Part shown: piece after piece, positions 25,401 to 38,826 of the stretch
How the letters are laid out: the number at the start of each line of letters is the position of its first letter
Position numbering within the stretch: position 1 is the first letter of the stretch
Assembly: GCA_051047955.1 (NCBI GenBank)
Contig: JBPGPT010000016.1
Coordinates: 1 to 64,000 of the forward strand
Length of the DNA: 64,000 bases
Source of the DNA: Cystobasidiomycetes sp. EMM_F5
Taxonomy: Eukaryota
Direction: 5' to 3'
Made by a program: the position numbers and the translations under genes
Notes under the pieces: model-generated
What the model saw: the letters and a program-made list of their open reading frames with translations, nothing else
What the model was told of the DNA's origin: nothing
Databases searched by the model: none

Positions 25401-28250
25401 TGCGGGCAAATGTTGATTTGGTGACACGATGTCCTGATCTTCGTTCGGATCATGCAGACTTCCCGTCACAGCATTAGCTCCGTTGCTGACGATGGTTGCT
25501 CCTGCAGATGCACTGCGACCACGGACGCCGAAGCCAGGACGCATTGCGTAGTCGTCCGCAGTGCCGTTCGAATAGCTAGATTTAATCGTGTCGAATTGAC
25601 CGGAAGTGGGCGAAGAGTTGACCTGACCTGCCAACGCAGCAAATTCTGTTACGCGAGAGGTGTGCATTGCATCGTCGTGCGATCGTTGCCGTCGAGATAT
25701 GACGAAGGGGCCAAGCGAGAGGGGCATTGAGGAGTATGGGAATGCGAGGGTTTGCACGACGTTTACAAGACGGGGTCAGCCAGAGTCCATGTCCGAGTAA
25801 AAGGCGCGAAGGGAACAAGGGATGGAAGGACGACCAAATATTTGAGAATCGAAAGCGTCCAGAAATGGATGGGGAGAGAAGGTGATAGAGAGTAATTCAC
25901 GTCATCAGCAAGTATACTCCACCACTGTAATACTACTGAAGCCCATATCCTGTCGAGGTATGTGTCCACGCCTGACATGCAAACGGCTGCGTGCCGAGGA
26001 GCACCTTTGAAGCAGTGCCACGCGCATAACAACTCAGACTTACTATTCTTCCCCGATCCTTGTTCGTCTGATACACGCATCTCTCCTCTGCATATCCCGC
26101 AGACACCGAGCGATGAGGCTTTCTTGCTGCCTCCGATATATTTGCGTTTTTCCTGATCTCGAAGCGCTTGTTGGCCAGTGACACCATATGAAACTTCAAA
26201 GCAGTCAGCATGCAGCTTGTGACCGCATACTGGAACGACGTGCGGCTTCTCTCCTGCCATGCGAAGGGACAGACTTTCGTGACAGATTGGACAGTTGGCG
26301 TCTTCCTCTCGTGGAGATGTCGAACTGGCATTCCGTACGCTACCATTTCCGAGTGAGCGCTGTGACTTGGCTACCTGCGATGGCGAATGGTGCGTCGTCG
26401 AGTTTCGTTCAGCCTCTTCAGCCATCCGCATCAACGGACTCGATGGCTTGCGAACTCGCTGCGTCTGCTGAGGTGAAACCCGGTGGATGTTGCCAGTGTA
26501 TTGATCTATCAATGACGGCTCCCATCTCGCTGGCCAAACCGGAGGATAGAATGCATCGTATGCAGACGAGCCGGTAGATACAATAGACTGATACGTTGAT
26601 GTCGCGCTGACAGGGTTACCAGAATTTTGAGGTAAAGGGGCACTAATGTTGCGGTAGCCGCTTGCGCCGTTGCCTTGTACAAGTGGACCTAGTGAGCCAT
26701 GCGACTTTGAATTCTTGAGTGTGCCAGCTGCTTTGCCAGGGCTACCACTGGAGTAGGCCTTGCTACTAAAATCGCCATTCGACATGGGCAAAGGTGGTGC
26801 ATCGCCGTAAACTCCGCTAGCATATGATTTGTTGCTGGATTTATTTGACGACGATGAGAAGAGGGATCTGGCCTTCTTCAATGTCGAAGAGCTGCTTTTG
26901 CCGTCTTTATCCTTCTCCTTTTCGCTACCGCTCGAGAAAAACGACATGTTTGATGGCGACGTAGCCTTGGCACTCCTTGCTCCATCGTACATTCCTGATT
27001 GGTGTGATTGACGGTGCTGCTGTTGTTGTGCAAATCCAGCAAAGTCACGGTGGATCACGTCGTTGTTGGCCTGAGCGGCCGCCTCTTGAGGGGAAATGCC
27101 GAGCATGGCGGCAGCTTTGGACGAGCCCTTGGGTGGCGTGTAATGCACATCCACCATTCCTGCCATTGTCCCGCTCAGTAAGTGGGACATGCTGTCAGAG
27201 TTGGCGTAGTTTTGACCAGATTGTTCAGATGATGTGCGGATTCCGGCCAACCTTGCGGCTTCAGAGTACGAGTCTTCCAGAACGGTTGCGGAGTTCAACG
27301 GCAAATGAGCTTTACGTAATGACGCAGAATGAGCAGCGGCTTGTTTCACACGGGCAGCACTTGCGCCTCGTCGTAAAGTACGTTGCAGGCCGTTATCAGT
27401 GTCTTCAATTGCCGAATAGTGCGGCTGGTCGTCGGTGTAGGACAGGATACGGGCGACAGACGGCAGAGAAGCTGCCCTGGCTGGATGCGCGTAGGGAGAC
27501 GTGGAAATGTCGCGACTGGCTGAATTTCTCACCGCTATGGCAGACGAGACATCTGAAGTTTCTGAAGGTGCAGAGTCGTCGGAGGTGGAGACTCGACGCT
27601 CTCGCGAGTCGGACTCTGGAGTCTCACTGTCCTGCTGCCGCTGAGGTTCCTCTTTGACCGAGTTCAACGTCGAAGTCGGACTCGAGGACCTGGATCCCGT
27701 TGTCCCTGAACGACGGGCTGTCGGCTGGGGCGGCACGAGGACGCTTCTTCCCAGGGCGGACAGTCTACGAGCGAGCGAGCTGGCAGTGCTCGATGTGGAC
27801 GAGGTGAGCAGCGAGTCGCGTGGTCGTGCGCTCTTTGGATTGCTGGCGGGCTTGTTGAAAGACTCTTGCTCCTCTGGACTTAGCGGTGCTGTCGGGTTGC
27901 TGGAAAAGCCTTCGATGAAGAATGGCAAGGTAGCGACTTCGTTGAGGACGACTGAAGGCGGCAGCGGGTGTCGCAGTGTCGCTGAAGAATCTGCTGCCTT
28001 TACAGGCTTTGCCAATGGCGTCGCAGTGTCAGACGGCGCTGCCCCAGAGTCGCAATTGGTGGCGTCAACCGGGTGTAAATCCACGATGCCGTCCTTATTG
28101 TCCGTCTGAACAATTGGAGTCTTGATACAGCATACAGGTTGGTCAGTGGCAGGCAGTGGATGTGGTGGATGATACGGAATGCGACGTTGACAGGCAATTT
28201 AGCATGGGAAATGTCCCTCGCAATGGTCGACAAGCTGGCCATACCTTCAT
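22405..28250 (-). CDS. RING-H2 + PH + vWA domain protein (Far1/Ste5-type signalling scaffold); 5' end uncertain
   Basis: RING CPICHESL..CGHKLHADCF..CGICR; PH FGSLRMFD..VYLFEEVLLCV..LRLKGRVFVKH..LEHWR; vWA PLDLMLVLS..MILLNDG..IHAFGWGRGHDP. Possible first exon ATGAAG at 28245-28250; 398-nt intron 25646-26043. Confidence 0.8.
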
Positions 28251-29129
28251 TGCGCGGTTCACCAGCCAGCGACTGCAGAGACGCGTTTGCTGCAAATTAT
28301 ATCGTCGGTAGTCGTCACAGAGTACGTGAAACTTTGCCAAACCAGCTCTCGACGAGTATTGCTCCGGGTTTGCTCGTCCAGTCTACGCGTAAAGTGGCAG
28401 GAGGGTCGCGTCGCAGTCGACAGATAGAGCGTACACAGAGTCAACAGCAACGGTCGACATACGACGTTGCATGGCAAGGCGATGAACCTCTTACTATCCA
28501 CTCTCCTCCCTTGTCGCTATCAAATTCTATGCGACCCCTGCAAGGTCGAGCGGGGATTCGAGGAGGGTAGTGTGGATTCTACTGACAGCTTATTCTGACT
28601 ATTCGGAAGCTATCTACAATCCTTAAACCCTCATATAGACATTCCCATCTTCATTCTGCCATACTCCTCGTAATCTTGCAAGCTAATTCTCCGAGTCCAT
28701 TCTGACTTACACAGCAACCGTCTTTTAACGTACATCAGCAGCATCGATACATCAACTCGGCGATTCTTCCTCGCTTTCAGCCAAAAAGCTCGACAGCTCC
28801 GCGGATTGAACATCAGCTGGAGATGCTTGTTGCCGAAAGCACAATGTATACCATTTCCAGCCACCAACAACGTCTGAAAACGCGATGTTCACACCCTATA
28901 CCATTGCGTCGAGCCCGACGCACATAAATGCGGTCGGAACAAGTCCGACCGACCTCCTCGTCTAGGTAGCGAAAGGCGATGTGTACGGTATCGCACACAC
29001 ACAGCCCATTGCAAGCAGCGTAGAAATTGGTGGCCAGCGGGTCTGCTCTGTCATCTGACAATCACATCGCACAATCCACTCTACAGATCTTACTTTTAAC
29101 CTCATCTGACAGAAATCCGTACGCTCAAT

Positions 29130-30062
29130 ATGGTCTACGTCCACATCAAGATTGTTGACGGCCAGAGGCAACGAGAGTACTCGATAAATACGTCCGCTAC
29201 CCATAAGGTTGTTATTGAGCTCACAGAGCAGCAGACATCTGTTGGCATTCATGCGGACTACGAGCATGATTGCCTACAACATGCGCGTCCTGCTGCATCT
29301 GCTCACTCTGACGGCACCTCCGACTTCCAACCATCGTCACAGCCTTGCGATACCACTTCGTCCTGCCAGTACTGTAATCACCTGCCACCCGCATTCACTG
29401 TTGCCCGTAACTCTGCAGACGTTCCTAGCCCTGGCCTACAAGACTATGGCGATTCGCCCACTGCATACGCACATCAACTCCCCGCTACATCCGACAACGA
29501 GTCCTCAATGGCGCACCCGCCAATGATCGTACAAGATCAGCGTGATTGGGCATCAAGGCTAAGATCACGCATGTCCACCATTCCCAGTTCCTGCACGAAG
29601 CTACTCCGCCGGCTATCCACGACTGGTCATCGGACCCGCAGACAGGCAGATCCCTTGTACGATTGCCACTGCGGCGCCCTTCCACCTGGTGAAGCAGCAG
29701 AAGAGCCGCGGGGTGTAGCAGATTCGCCGTACTATTGCAATTGCGGAGACTGCGAAGAATGCGATGCGTACGCTGCTTACGATTCCTACGCCGCGCAAGA
29801 TCACGACCATTACTTAGATGATCCATTTCTCGACGATGCCGGATGGAATGAATACGCATTAAGGGATAATACGGCAAGGGATGAAGCATACTATGCCGAT
29901 GATGGTTGTGACTGCGATGATTGCGCGTATCAGGCGTATTGCAACGAACGCTGTGACGCCGCTGCACGTCGGGACAGGGTACGCTATGCGAGGCGAAGCA
30001 AAGCTGGACGTAGGAAATGGCGACGTGTCCGTATGCGGACAAGCGTGTTCCAGCGCATGTAA
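29130..30062 (+). CDS. intronless Cys/Asp/Tyr-rich hypothetical protein with basic C-terminal tail
   Basis: 310-aa ATG-to-TAA ORF filling the gap between two genes; clustered CxC/CxxC motifs; RRSKAGRRKWRRVR tail. Confidence 0.6.
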   Translation: MVYVHIKIVDGQRQREYSINTSATHKVVIELTEQQTSVGIHADYEHDCLQHARPAASAHSDGTSDFQPSSQPCDTTSSCQYCNHLPPAFTVARNSADVPSPGLQDYGDSPTAYAHQLPATSDNESSMAHPPMIVQDQRDWASRLRSRMSTIPSSCTKLLRRLSTTGHRTRRQADPLYDCHCGALPPGEAAEEPRGVADSPYYCNCGDCEECDAYAAYDSYAAQDHDHYLDDPFLDDAGWNEYALRDNTARDEAYYADDGCDCDDCAYQAYCNERCDAAARRDRVRYARRSKAGRRKWRRVRMRTSVFQRM

Positions 30063-30191
30063 GTATACCCCAAATCTCTATTTGCATTACTGCAGCAACA
30101 ATACTCTCTAGTGTGAAGTATTACAACGACAAACATGCGATATTGCGTTGCGAGATGCTATACGCTATAAAACGTCTAACGTGCGATCTAA

Positions 30192-31750
30192 TCAGAATTC
30201 AAATCTCGTTGCCCAGTAGCCGAGCACCTCCAAACCCTTTTTATGGTCGTCAAAAGACAGATCTCTAGCGATGATGGCGCCGTGTGCGTGCCGGACTTCT
30301 GGCATGTGCACGAATATCTTTTGCAGGTCTGGTATTCCGTTGAGGTTATCGACCATTCTCTTTTGTGACGGAAGGAGTATTGCATTGTCTTCGTCGACGG
30401 CATTTCGACCCTCAGCATCGCTACCGCCAGTGAAACCACTCAGCTGTGCTTCGAGACTGGTATTGCCTGAATCGACATCAGGAGCGAATGGTACGTGATC
30501 TTCTGCGATATCCTGAAGAGTATCCTCAAGCGCGATCCCGACCCGCCGCAGTTGTCCCTCGAGTGTGGCATCTTCCCCTTTACCCAAGTTGCGGATTCGC
30601 CGTCTCGATCGGCGACTTTGCAGCTTGAAGCTAGTCGTTATGTAAACGAGGAAGGCGGGAATCAGAACCGGCATGAAGAGCGGCATAACGTAGCCTAGTT
30701 TGTAAGGCATCCCTTTGAAAGTCGAAGGCTTCAGGAAGAACGGAAGCGATGGCATCCGGAAACCACGCTGTTTGCATGTTGGAACCGGTTGGGGAACGGT
30801 TTCTTCGACCGATTTAACAATGTAGGGACACTCTGGATCCATAGTAATCTTCAGCCCGCCCAGGTCAAAGTCTAGCGGATCAGTCTCTCGGACTTGGTGT
30901 TTCCGAGCAAGTCGTGCTGCTCTCGCAAAGTTATCCTTTCCTGCCATTGGAAAAGCGCCCGTCGCAAAGGGTACAGTACGATCGTTCATTGAATTGGCGT
31001 AGATCGATTTGTGCTTGAAACGCATCACTGCATCGTAAAAAGAGGTGCCAGGTTGAGACATGACTTCCAGCAGCGGCTTACCGGAATGGTAATCGTCTCC
31101 AGCATAGAGCTGCTCTCCCGTCCGAGACAACAATTTCGCACCCAATGTATTTAGAACAGCAGACATTCTGCCCGGGAAGCGAGGGATGCCGATAGCTGGC
31201 GAAGCGATTGTTGTAAAATTGCAGGGCTCGACGGAATCAAAGAAGGATGGAGTGCGAGCGTGCAAAACTCCGAGGGCGAAGCGAGCGACGCAACCGCCTA
31301 AGGAGTATCCAACGATACTGAAGCGAGTAACACGCTTCTTCTCTTGGAGTATAGATGCATTGCTCGTCGATGCGGTGTCGCCACCTTCGAGTTTGGCGAT
31401 AAACTCATCAATGTCATGGACTACACGATGACCGCAATTATCGATACCATCGTAGGTGAGTTCATTCTCGTTTGACACCGGTATGAAGCATACAAGCTCG
31501 TGCTTGGATATGGAGGACTGGCTTTCGTAAGCTTTGACGATCTGGTCGTTAATGCTCTTCACATGTCGAGCACTTCCCCACAGACCTGTAATGCAACGGA
31601 TATCAGTATGAAATTGGCATGAAGTACGACGAATAGCGCATGCACCATGCAGCTAGTGGATTGTAAACTTTCAGCTTGAGCGCCACGACTGCCGATGTTT
31701 GCGACACTCACGACAACGAGTAGATGTACTTCGTTCTTTTCGCCAGACAT
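30192..31750 (-). CDS. DUF676 putative serine esterase/lipase (Rog1-like)
   Basis: HLLVV-LHG-LWG (via 7-nt exon 31646-31652), TYDGID.CG.R, nucleophile GYSLGG, SRTGEQL, YANSMNDRTVPF, C-terminal HAHGAII. Confidence 0.9.
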
Positions 31751-32825
31751 TATGGCAAGTGGCAGTAAGTTGAGGTGAAGGAGAGAGCTACAAGAAGACG
31801 CCTGTGCTGGCTACTCGAGTGCTGATCCTTCGTGCCGAGAACGAACGAGGCAGTGACGGCAACAAGCTCGGGGCGAAGCTCTAAGACCGATAGCTCCGAC
31901 TGACAGTGACGGCGATGATAACTGATGCTTCGACAGGTTGTGCAGCTGGGTGAGTGATGTACGGTCTGATCCGGCTGCCGGTTGGAGCGAGAATCGGTGA
32001 AATGCAAAATCCTTCAGGTCCTGATCTTATCAGATTGTCTATTTCCCACCAACTTACGCCAACATGAGCATGATTCGGGACAGTATGTAAAGGCTTGCAC
32101 CAAGGCTCCCGCTCTGTGCATACGCCTGAACTTGACGCGCTGTCTTCAGTCGTAGATTCTGTATTCTCGCCCACGACAAAGCCTCAGGCAGGCGTTATAA
32201 AGGCCATGAATCTGTCGTTTTATGGTGACTCACCATCATCATTTACACTGAGAACCCTAACATGCTTAATGCCTTGCGAAATATTTCAGGCTTATTTGCA
32301 ACTCTACTAATGCTGGCTTGGGCGACTTCTTGGAACGTACATGTAATTGCGCTTACTGTCGTTTCAATAGCTTTGTTTGCAAGTATAAGCTGGTAGGTAT
32401 TTCCAGTACTTGATGGTCCGCGGAGATATCTTAATATCCTCAATCTACACAGGTTTATCATCGAGCTTGGGAAGGTCGAGAAGGAGCAGCCGGCCTCCAT
32501 CTCAGAGCCCTCACGGACGTCAGATTCTGTGCCTTCGTCAACCTCTAGCGCTACGTCTACGTCTCTACCAGTAGTTGATGCATCCCTGTCCCAACGGCCG
32601 AAGAGTGCTGCTGGGCCGCAAATGTACTGAAACCCTCACAATCGCCCCACATGCATCCCATCTTCGCAGCTACCTTCTGAACACTAAGCATCAGGAAGAA
32701 ACGCGAACTTGTATTCATTCATCAAAGAGTGGACGGAGCTGCTTCGTCGTTTCTGATACTAGAACATGAAGTCTCGTCCAGACTGCTGCATTAGTTAGAG
32801 TGTATAATCTGCTGTACTGAAGTTG

Positions 32826-35800
32826 CTAATCTACACGCATGGGGCTGGCAGCTCCTGTAGGCGGCAGACTGCCTAGACTTAAGCCTGGACCGCCTTTGGC
32901 TCGACGACCAAGCAGCGTCGCATTGTCCAGCTTGAGATCGAAACCGTTGCCGCGGCCATTTTGCCGGCGTCCACGATCTCTGTTGCCGGCACGACCATCG
33001 TATAGAACAGCTTCTGCTTGCTTGCGGTCTGCACCACCCCAGCCATGATATTGGCCGCTCGGTTGTTGCGTCTTGCCAGCCTGTGCAGCAGCGACAGCAG
33101 CAGCGCGTTGGTCTTCGATAATCTTGGACACTCCAGCACCGTACTTGCGTCTCGTCTCTTCCAAAATGGCTTCATCATCTTCCTCCTCATCGGCCTCGTT
33201 GAGATCGTTGAGGAAGCCCCTTCCGCCAGCCCCGCGTCGTTGACCTTCCTCGCCCATACGATGCACAGCATATGTAATATCAAACGCTTCGCGCATGAAT
33301 GCAGCCGGCGTTTGTGCACCATCCCTTCTGATGCGCGTTTCCGCCAGTAAAGGCGAATCCACGGGCACATTTGATTGTTGGACTGCCAAATTGCCCTGTC
33401 GTGCAACTGGAGCGGCCTTGGGCATGGTGACTTGATGGCCAGCAAGTATCTGCTCGACAATCTTCGGTTCGAGGTTAGGTGGAGCTGGTCGCTGGTTGCA
33501 CCACGGGTGAGCCAGGAACTCGTCGATAGTATATCGCTTGTCGGGATCAACAGTTAAGAGGTTCGTAATCAAATCTTTGGAAGATCCGGAAATATCGTCC
33601 CACCAGGGCGACAGAAAGGTGTAATAGCCGCGCGCGACCTTCTCCGTCAAGACGTTGATACTCTCATCGTAGAAAGGCGGGAAGCCTGGAGGTTGCTCCA
33701 AATTAGCCTCCTTCTATCATCAGAACTCGGTTATACGCACCACATAGTAAGGTGTAAAGAACGCATCCTAATGCCCACATATCGACAGACTTTGAGTAGC
33801 GCTCGTCTTTGACAATCTCTGGCGCGGTGTAGCCCACAGTGCCGCAGGGTGTCATTGTTTCTTCGTTCCAGACAATCTTGCTTAGCCCAAAGTCGGCAAT
33901 CTTCACCAAACCGATGCCACCTCCTCCCAGACCGGGAATGAATTCGCCTTCGTCTTCCTTCTCTTCGTCATACGGCCTTGCTTTGGAATATGTCGAGGGA
34001 ATAATGGGAATACCGCTAAATAGAAGATTTTCTGGCTTGATGTCGCGATGCACCACACCGCTAACTTCGTGTAAATACCGAATGCCATGCGCTACTTGCA
34101 GGATGACATGTCTGGCAAGATCTTCGGAAAAGTAGGTCAACTTGACAATCTGGTGGAACAGTTCGCCACCCTCCCTGTAGACAATAAAGTCAGCGGTACG
34201 AACCAACAGCAAACACCAGGGCAACTTACATAAGCTCGAGAACTAAGAAGTAATGCAAGTTCGATTCGGTAAAGCTGACAAGCTTGACGATGCCAGGATG
34301 GTCTAAACTGCGCATGATTTGCACTTCCTTCAAAATGTTGGCTCTCTGTTGACGTCAAAAAGAGTGGAGTCGGAGAAGTCGTGCGACGTGGGGGAAGATG
34401 GAGAAGTGGGACAGGTGAAAGTAGGGCATCGCGTCGGCACAGTATGTAGAAATAGATTAATACGAAGGAGACATGAAAAATGGTGCATTGTAAAGGTTTG
34501 GGAGCATGTGACATCGCGTTATTAGGAGAAGGGATGGGATCACAGTCAGATTCGACTTCTACGAACGGCGTCAAAGACGCAAGACATGCTCGGAATGGTA
34601 GATTGTAATGAGGCAGGACGAACCTCAGTGGCCCTCGGCTGCTTTTTGACCTCCTTGCCTAAGTGCTTGTCGCCCCTCTAAAAAGGTAGACGACAGGAGG
34701 TCAATGCGCAGCATGATCGGATGCCCAAACAAAGGCCGAACAGGCGAGGTGATCCCGGAAAGGCGAGGAACGATGGAAAGATACGAGACAAATGTAGGTG
34801 TAGATGGGAAGGGGGAGGGAGGGATAATCGGCAGTCAGTATCATGATCCTCTCATTTCTTGTCGGAGCGTGATTGGGAAAAGGGAATTTTGCGGGGTAAT
34901 AACGATAGAAGCTATTGTGCCAAGAAGTCACACAGTGTGCTCCTCCCAACGAAGTAGTGTAGAAATCATGAAGAGCGCTAGAGATCAAAGTTGGCTTGGA
35001 CAGAGGTAAAATGGAGCGAATTGATAGAGAGCTAGGAGTGCAAGACCGAAGGGTATGTCCAGAAGTGGAGATGTATTGCCTCACCTGACTGTGATTCAGC
35101 TCAAATTTGCGGACGCATTTGATTGCGACTTTGCTATGCGTTCTTTTGTCCAGGGCTTGATATACATTTGAAAAGGCACCGCTGATGAGTAGACAGGGAT
35201 GGATAACCAAGGAAGACAGTAGAGCGGGATGTGACAGTCAGTACCGAAGTCTGCGAAGGTCACATCACGGTCTCTACCGCCACCGCGTCATACCGACGAC
35301 ATCGACCGAAAAAGGCTGGATATCCGACTCACTCGCCCATTTTCACTTCAAGCTGGAACTGCGGCGGCAGTCCTTCGTATATTGGTAGACGACCTCTTGC
35401 CTCCCTTTCCGCGTTGACCATCTTTTCGGCCTTGGCTCGCGAGTCTTCCATATTAGCACCGCCAGCGGTTGCAGCAGAAAGACCGGGTGAAATTTGTGGA
35501 CCCCCAGTAGGTGCGTAAGTGTTTAGATTTGCTTGCTGTTGTTGTTGTACGTTTGCCGGATTCTGGCCTACAAAACCTCGTGCTTCCGTTGCCGTATGAG
35601 CTGGAGCAGGGTTGAATGCCGCCAACGGTGCATTTTGGGCCTTGACGGGAGCAGCGTGTTGATGCGCGTCGCGGTCACGATGCCTACTGGATGTGCCTGC
35701 AGTGTTTGATGTGCCAGCCCCACCTGAGCGATCGCGGGTGTGTCTGGACGATGATGAGCTTGATCCAGGCGCTGAACCAGACGAGGGACCAGAACCGTCC

Positions 35801-35932
35801 GCCTGCTTCGGAGAGCCGTGATGGAAGATTGCCTTTCTGTGAAGGGTTCATCAAGTATCACAGACACAAATCACGTCAGCGTGCGGGCTCTTATAGCATC
35901 TTACAAATCGATGACGCGCACAACTTGTCCAT
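32826..35932 (-). CDS. SRK1: CaMK-family MAPK-activated Ser/Thr kinase Srk1/Rck2
   Basis: MDKL-KAIFHHG start; [41 protein letters not shown], acidic insert [37 protein letters not shown]-terminal [13 protein letters not shown]. Confidence 0.92.
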
Positions 35933-36286
35933 TGAGGGATGGTGCTGGGGAGCAGCAGGACGGAACAGAACCCTGATTCACGGGGCCGAGTGGAGGACTG
36001 CTCGTAGCAGCAGTGATGGATTGTACAGAGTGGTTGTAAGTTCTTGCCCGTCTTAGATGCCCAACATCGGTCTATACTCAAGCCCTGCGGCTGAGTCCTC
36101 AAGGGGCCGAACGAGGTGATCGAGAAATTGGGCAACGCATGATGTCACCTAAAGCGTAACCACTCCATCTATGACGACGCAGCGTTTGAGGAAGCTATCT
36201 CTACAGCAAACACGGCACTGCATTGCACTACGTATTCATACACGGACACAGCAGCCTGCCAGGCTCGTCCATTCATACACGACCTG

Positions 36287-38238
36287 TCAGTAGCTGTACC
36301 TGAACGACCGGTCTTGTCGGTCAGAAAGCAGCAGGTTCTCCGTGGAGTGTACCGTAGATTGCGGTTGCGAAGGCTCAATCTCCTTATCCTTCTCGCTGTC
36401 TGGGTCTCGCAAGGACTGGCCAGATGAGGCCTCCCTGTCTCGACGCTTATTTTCCCATACAAAGTATGCGCGGAGGCACAGACTGAGTGCCATGGTCGCG
36501 CACATTGCACATATCAGAGTAATCCACGTCGTGCGATACTTGACGGGCAGTTCAGGCGTGAGAACAGTATACGGAGCAGCAATGTTGCCTGCGGTGTATC
36601 CGCTGCCATAATCCATCAGCATGCTTGACTCGAGACCCTCAGTATCGTTACTGAAGGCTCACATGAATATAAAGCCATTCGTGACGGCTTTCTTTGCTCC
36701 TCCTGACGTGTTTCGCGTTGCTAGGGTCAGCAGCATAACCTACGAAAGGCAACAATGTGAATCAGCGGTGTGTTCCAACAATCAAGCTGTCCGCCGTCTA
36801 TCGCACTCACATAAGGCGCGCCGAAGATAGGAATCAAGGTATACCCAAAGACCGCTACACCTGGAACAGACCAGGGAGCTTGCCATATGATGATTCCGCC
36901 AATAATGACAGGAACGCAAGATGCCGCCAATAAGTAGCACGTAGCATTCTTGACTTTTTTGTCAATATAGACGCAAACAGCAATGCCTGCGCAAGTCGCG
37001 GCACCGCCTGGAATTTGCAGCAGAACTGCAATGACCACGCGTCAGGAAAGCAATCTCCCACGCCTATACAACGGCAACAGATCCGTACTTGCTTGCAGGG
37101 AGGTGTAGCCAAAAGTCTTGATGATTCTCGCGCCGAATGCTGTGACTGCCCCATTGCACAGGTAAATTAGAGCTCCCATGATCTAGATGGACAGCGATAA
37201 GCGATGTCATGATTCAGTCTGACGACCGAGTATCGCAGCTCACCATATAGATATACATGAGCGGATCTTTGACTGCTTCGAGCAATAATTCTTTTCGGAG
37301 GTATTTATCCATTGTACCACGCTGGTCGTAAGTGACACGAGCCTTGAGCCATTTTCGCTCGTCCGCGCTGAACAGTCGTCTGGCTTTGTCGATATCGTCT
37401 GGCACGGCCAGCAATATGATTACCGACCAGGCCACGGTCCATGACCCAGCAAAAATGTAGAGAACCTTCCACGTCGGTATGGAAGTTCTGACGTTGCCAA
37501 ACGCGTAATTGAGAACGCCTGAAAACATCGAAAAGATGCCTGTTGCCGAGTACCAAAATCCGATCCTAGCGCCATACTCGCGCTTTGTGTAGAATGTTGT
37601 ACTTATAGCCAAGAAGGCAGGTGACACGACAGCCTCTACGACGCCGAGGAAGAAACGCTGTGCGACGAGACCTTCGTAAGAAGTGCACGCGCACGTCAAA
37701 AAGACGATTGATCCCCAAATAAATACAGCTGCTGATGTTGCTTTGCCCAAGGGTAAGACCTGGAGCAGGAGCGATATGGGTAAGACAGAAGCTGCATATC
37801 CCCAATAAAATGCTGCGGTCGCTGTAGAGTATCGGACTGTCGACACGGCTCCTGCGGTGGTCGTTGACAGTCCTAAGTCTTCAATGATGCCAAGGACCGA
37901 TGCGCCGCCGCTGTCATTGAAGGAACAGACGTGAGTTTGCCAACTCAAGGTGTGTCTGTGAATATCAAACTCACAGGACTGCTTTATCGTCTATTTGGGG
38001 AAATTGATGGGGAATGCAAAGCATCAGCATGGTCGGTCACGCAGGGCGGCATTTGGGGAGTTTATGTACAGAATTGTAGCCCATATGTGCTATCGAGTAC
38101 AGACGCGTTTTAGGTCAACGATGCTGTGTGTACGAGACGACTAGAATAGGCTCACACAGTCAGTATTGGTATGAGAAGAACATCCAGCTTCCATAGACAT
38201 CGGCGTCGTTGTTGCGGCGTCAGACTTTCGCCGGACAT
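36287..38238 (-). CDS. MFS anion:cation symporter family, allantoate permease (Dal5)-like
   Basis: WKLDVLLIP, YGLQF-YDK, AFYWGY, QRFFLGVVEA, FYTKRE..RIGFWYS, NTSGGAKK, ENKRRD, LSDRQDRSFRYSY*. Confidence 0.88.
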
Positions 38239-38826
38239 TCCCGCCTACTTGTGTCGTTGTATCGAAGAAGAAAGCTCTCACTGAATTTCGATCCGGACAA
38301 GAGAACAGGAAATTCTCCGAGTTGCCTCTTCCTGCTGGCTAAGTCTCCCGAGGCAGCTTTACGCTTTCGCGGGACGACTAGATGCAGCTCGACAGCCAGA
38401 AAGACATTCGCGTCGTCTTTGCACACGGGCTGAACGCAGCGAGCCCGTCGCTTCATCCACGTGACTCAAGCAGCGACGTGAACGAGACACTGCCGCTTTA
38501 ATCCAGAAGCCCGGCAAACGGGGACGCCCAATGCCTTGGATGTGATAGATATCAGGCTCAGGCTCAGACTCGCTTCAGTCCGAACAGCTGGCATTTGTGT
38601 CGGATCATTTTATCGATGTCTCAGCTGCTCCGACTGCATCAGCCCGACGAGACCTCTCCAAGATGATGAGCTGGATCTGACTCGAAGGATGGCACCAAGC
38701 TGTACATCTCGCACGTTAGCTGACGCATAGCTTCAGCGGGCTGTCCTGACGCAAGACCAGGAACATATCAGCTCAGTTCGGCTTCGTCACGTTCAAGGGG
38801 TCAATGCAAAATAGCACCGTTCTGTC

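Noticed and set aside
25770..25915. TGATGA..CTGA in the long scaffold intron, a possible C/D snoRNA
   Set aside because: Box C lacks the 5' purine; no terminal stem or rRNA-complementary guide recognised
29485..30087. 200-aa antisense ORF, and many similar shadow ORFs opposite RIM15, BSD2 and the scaffold
   Set aside because: Expected opposite GC-rich coding sequence; no motifs or independent gene signals
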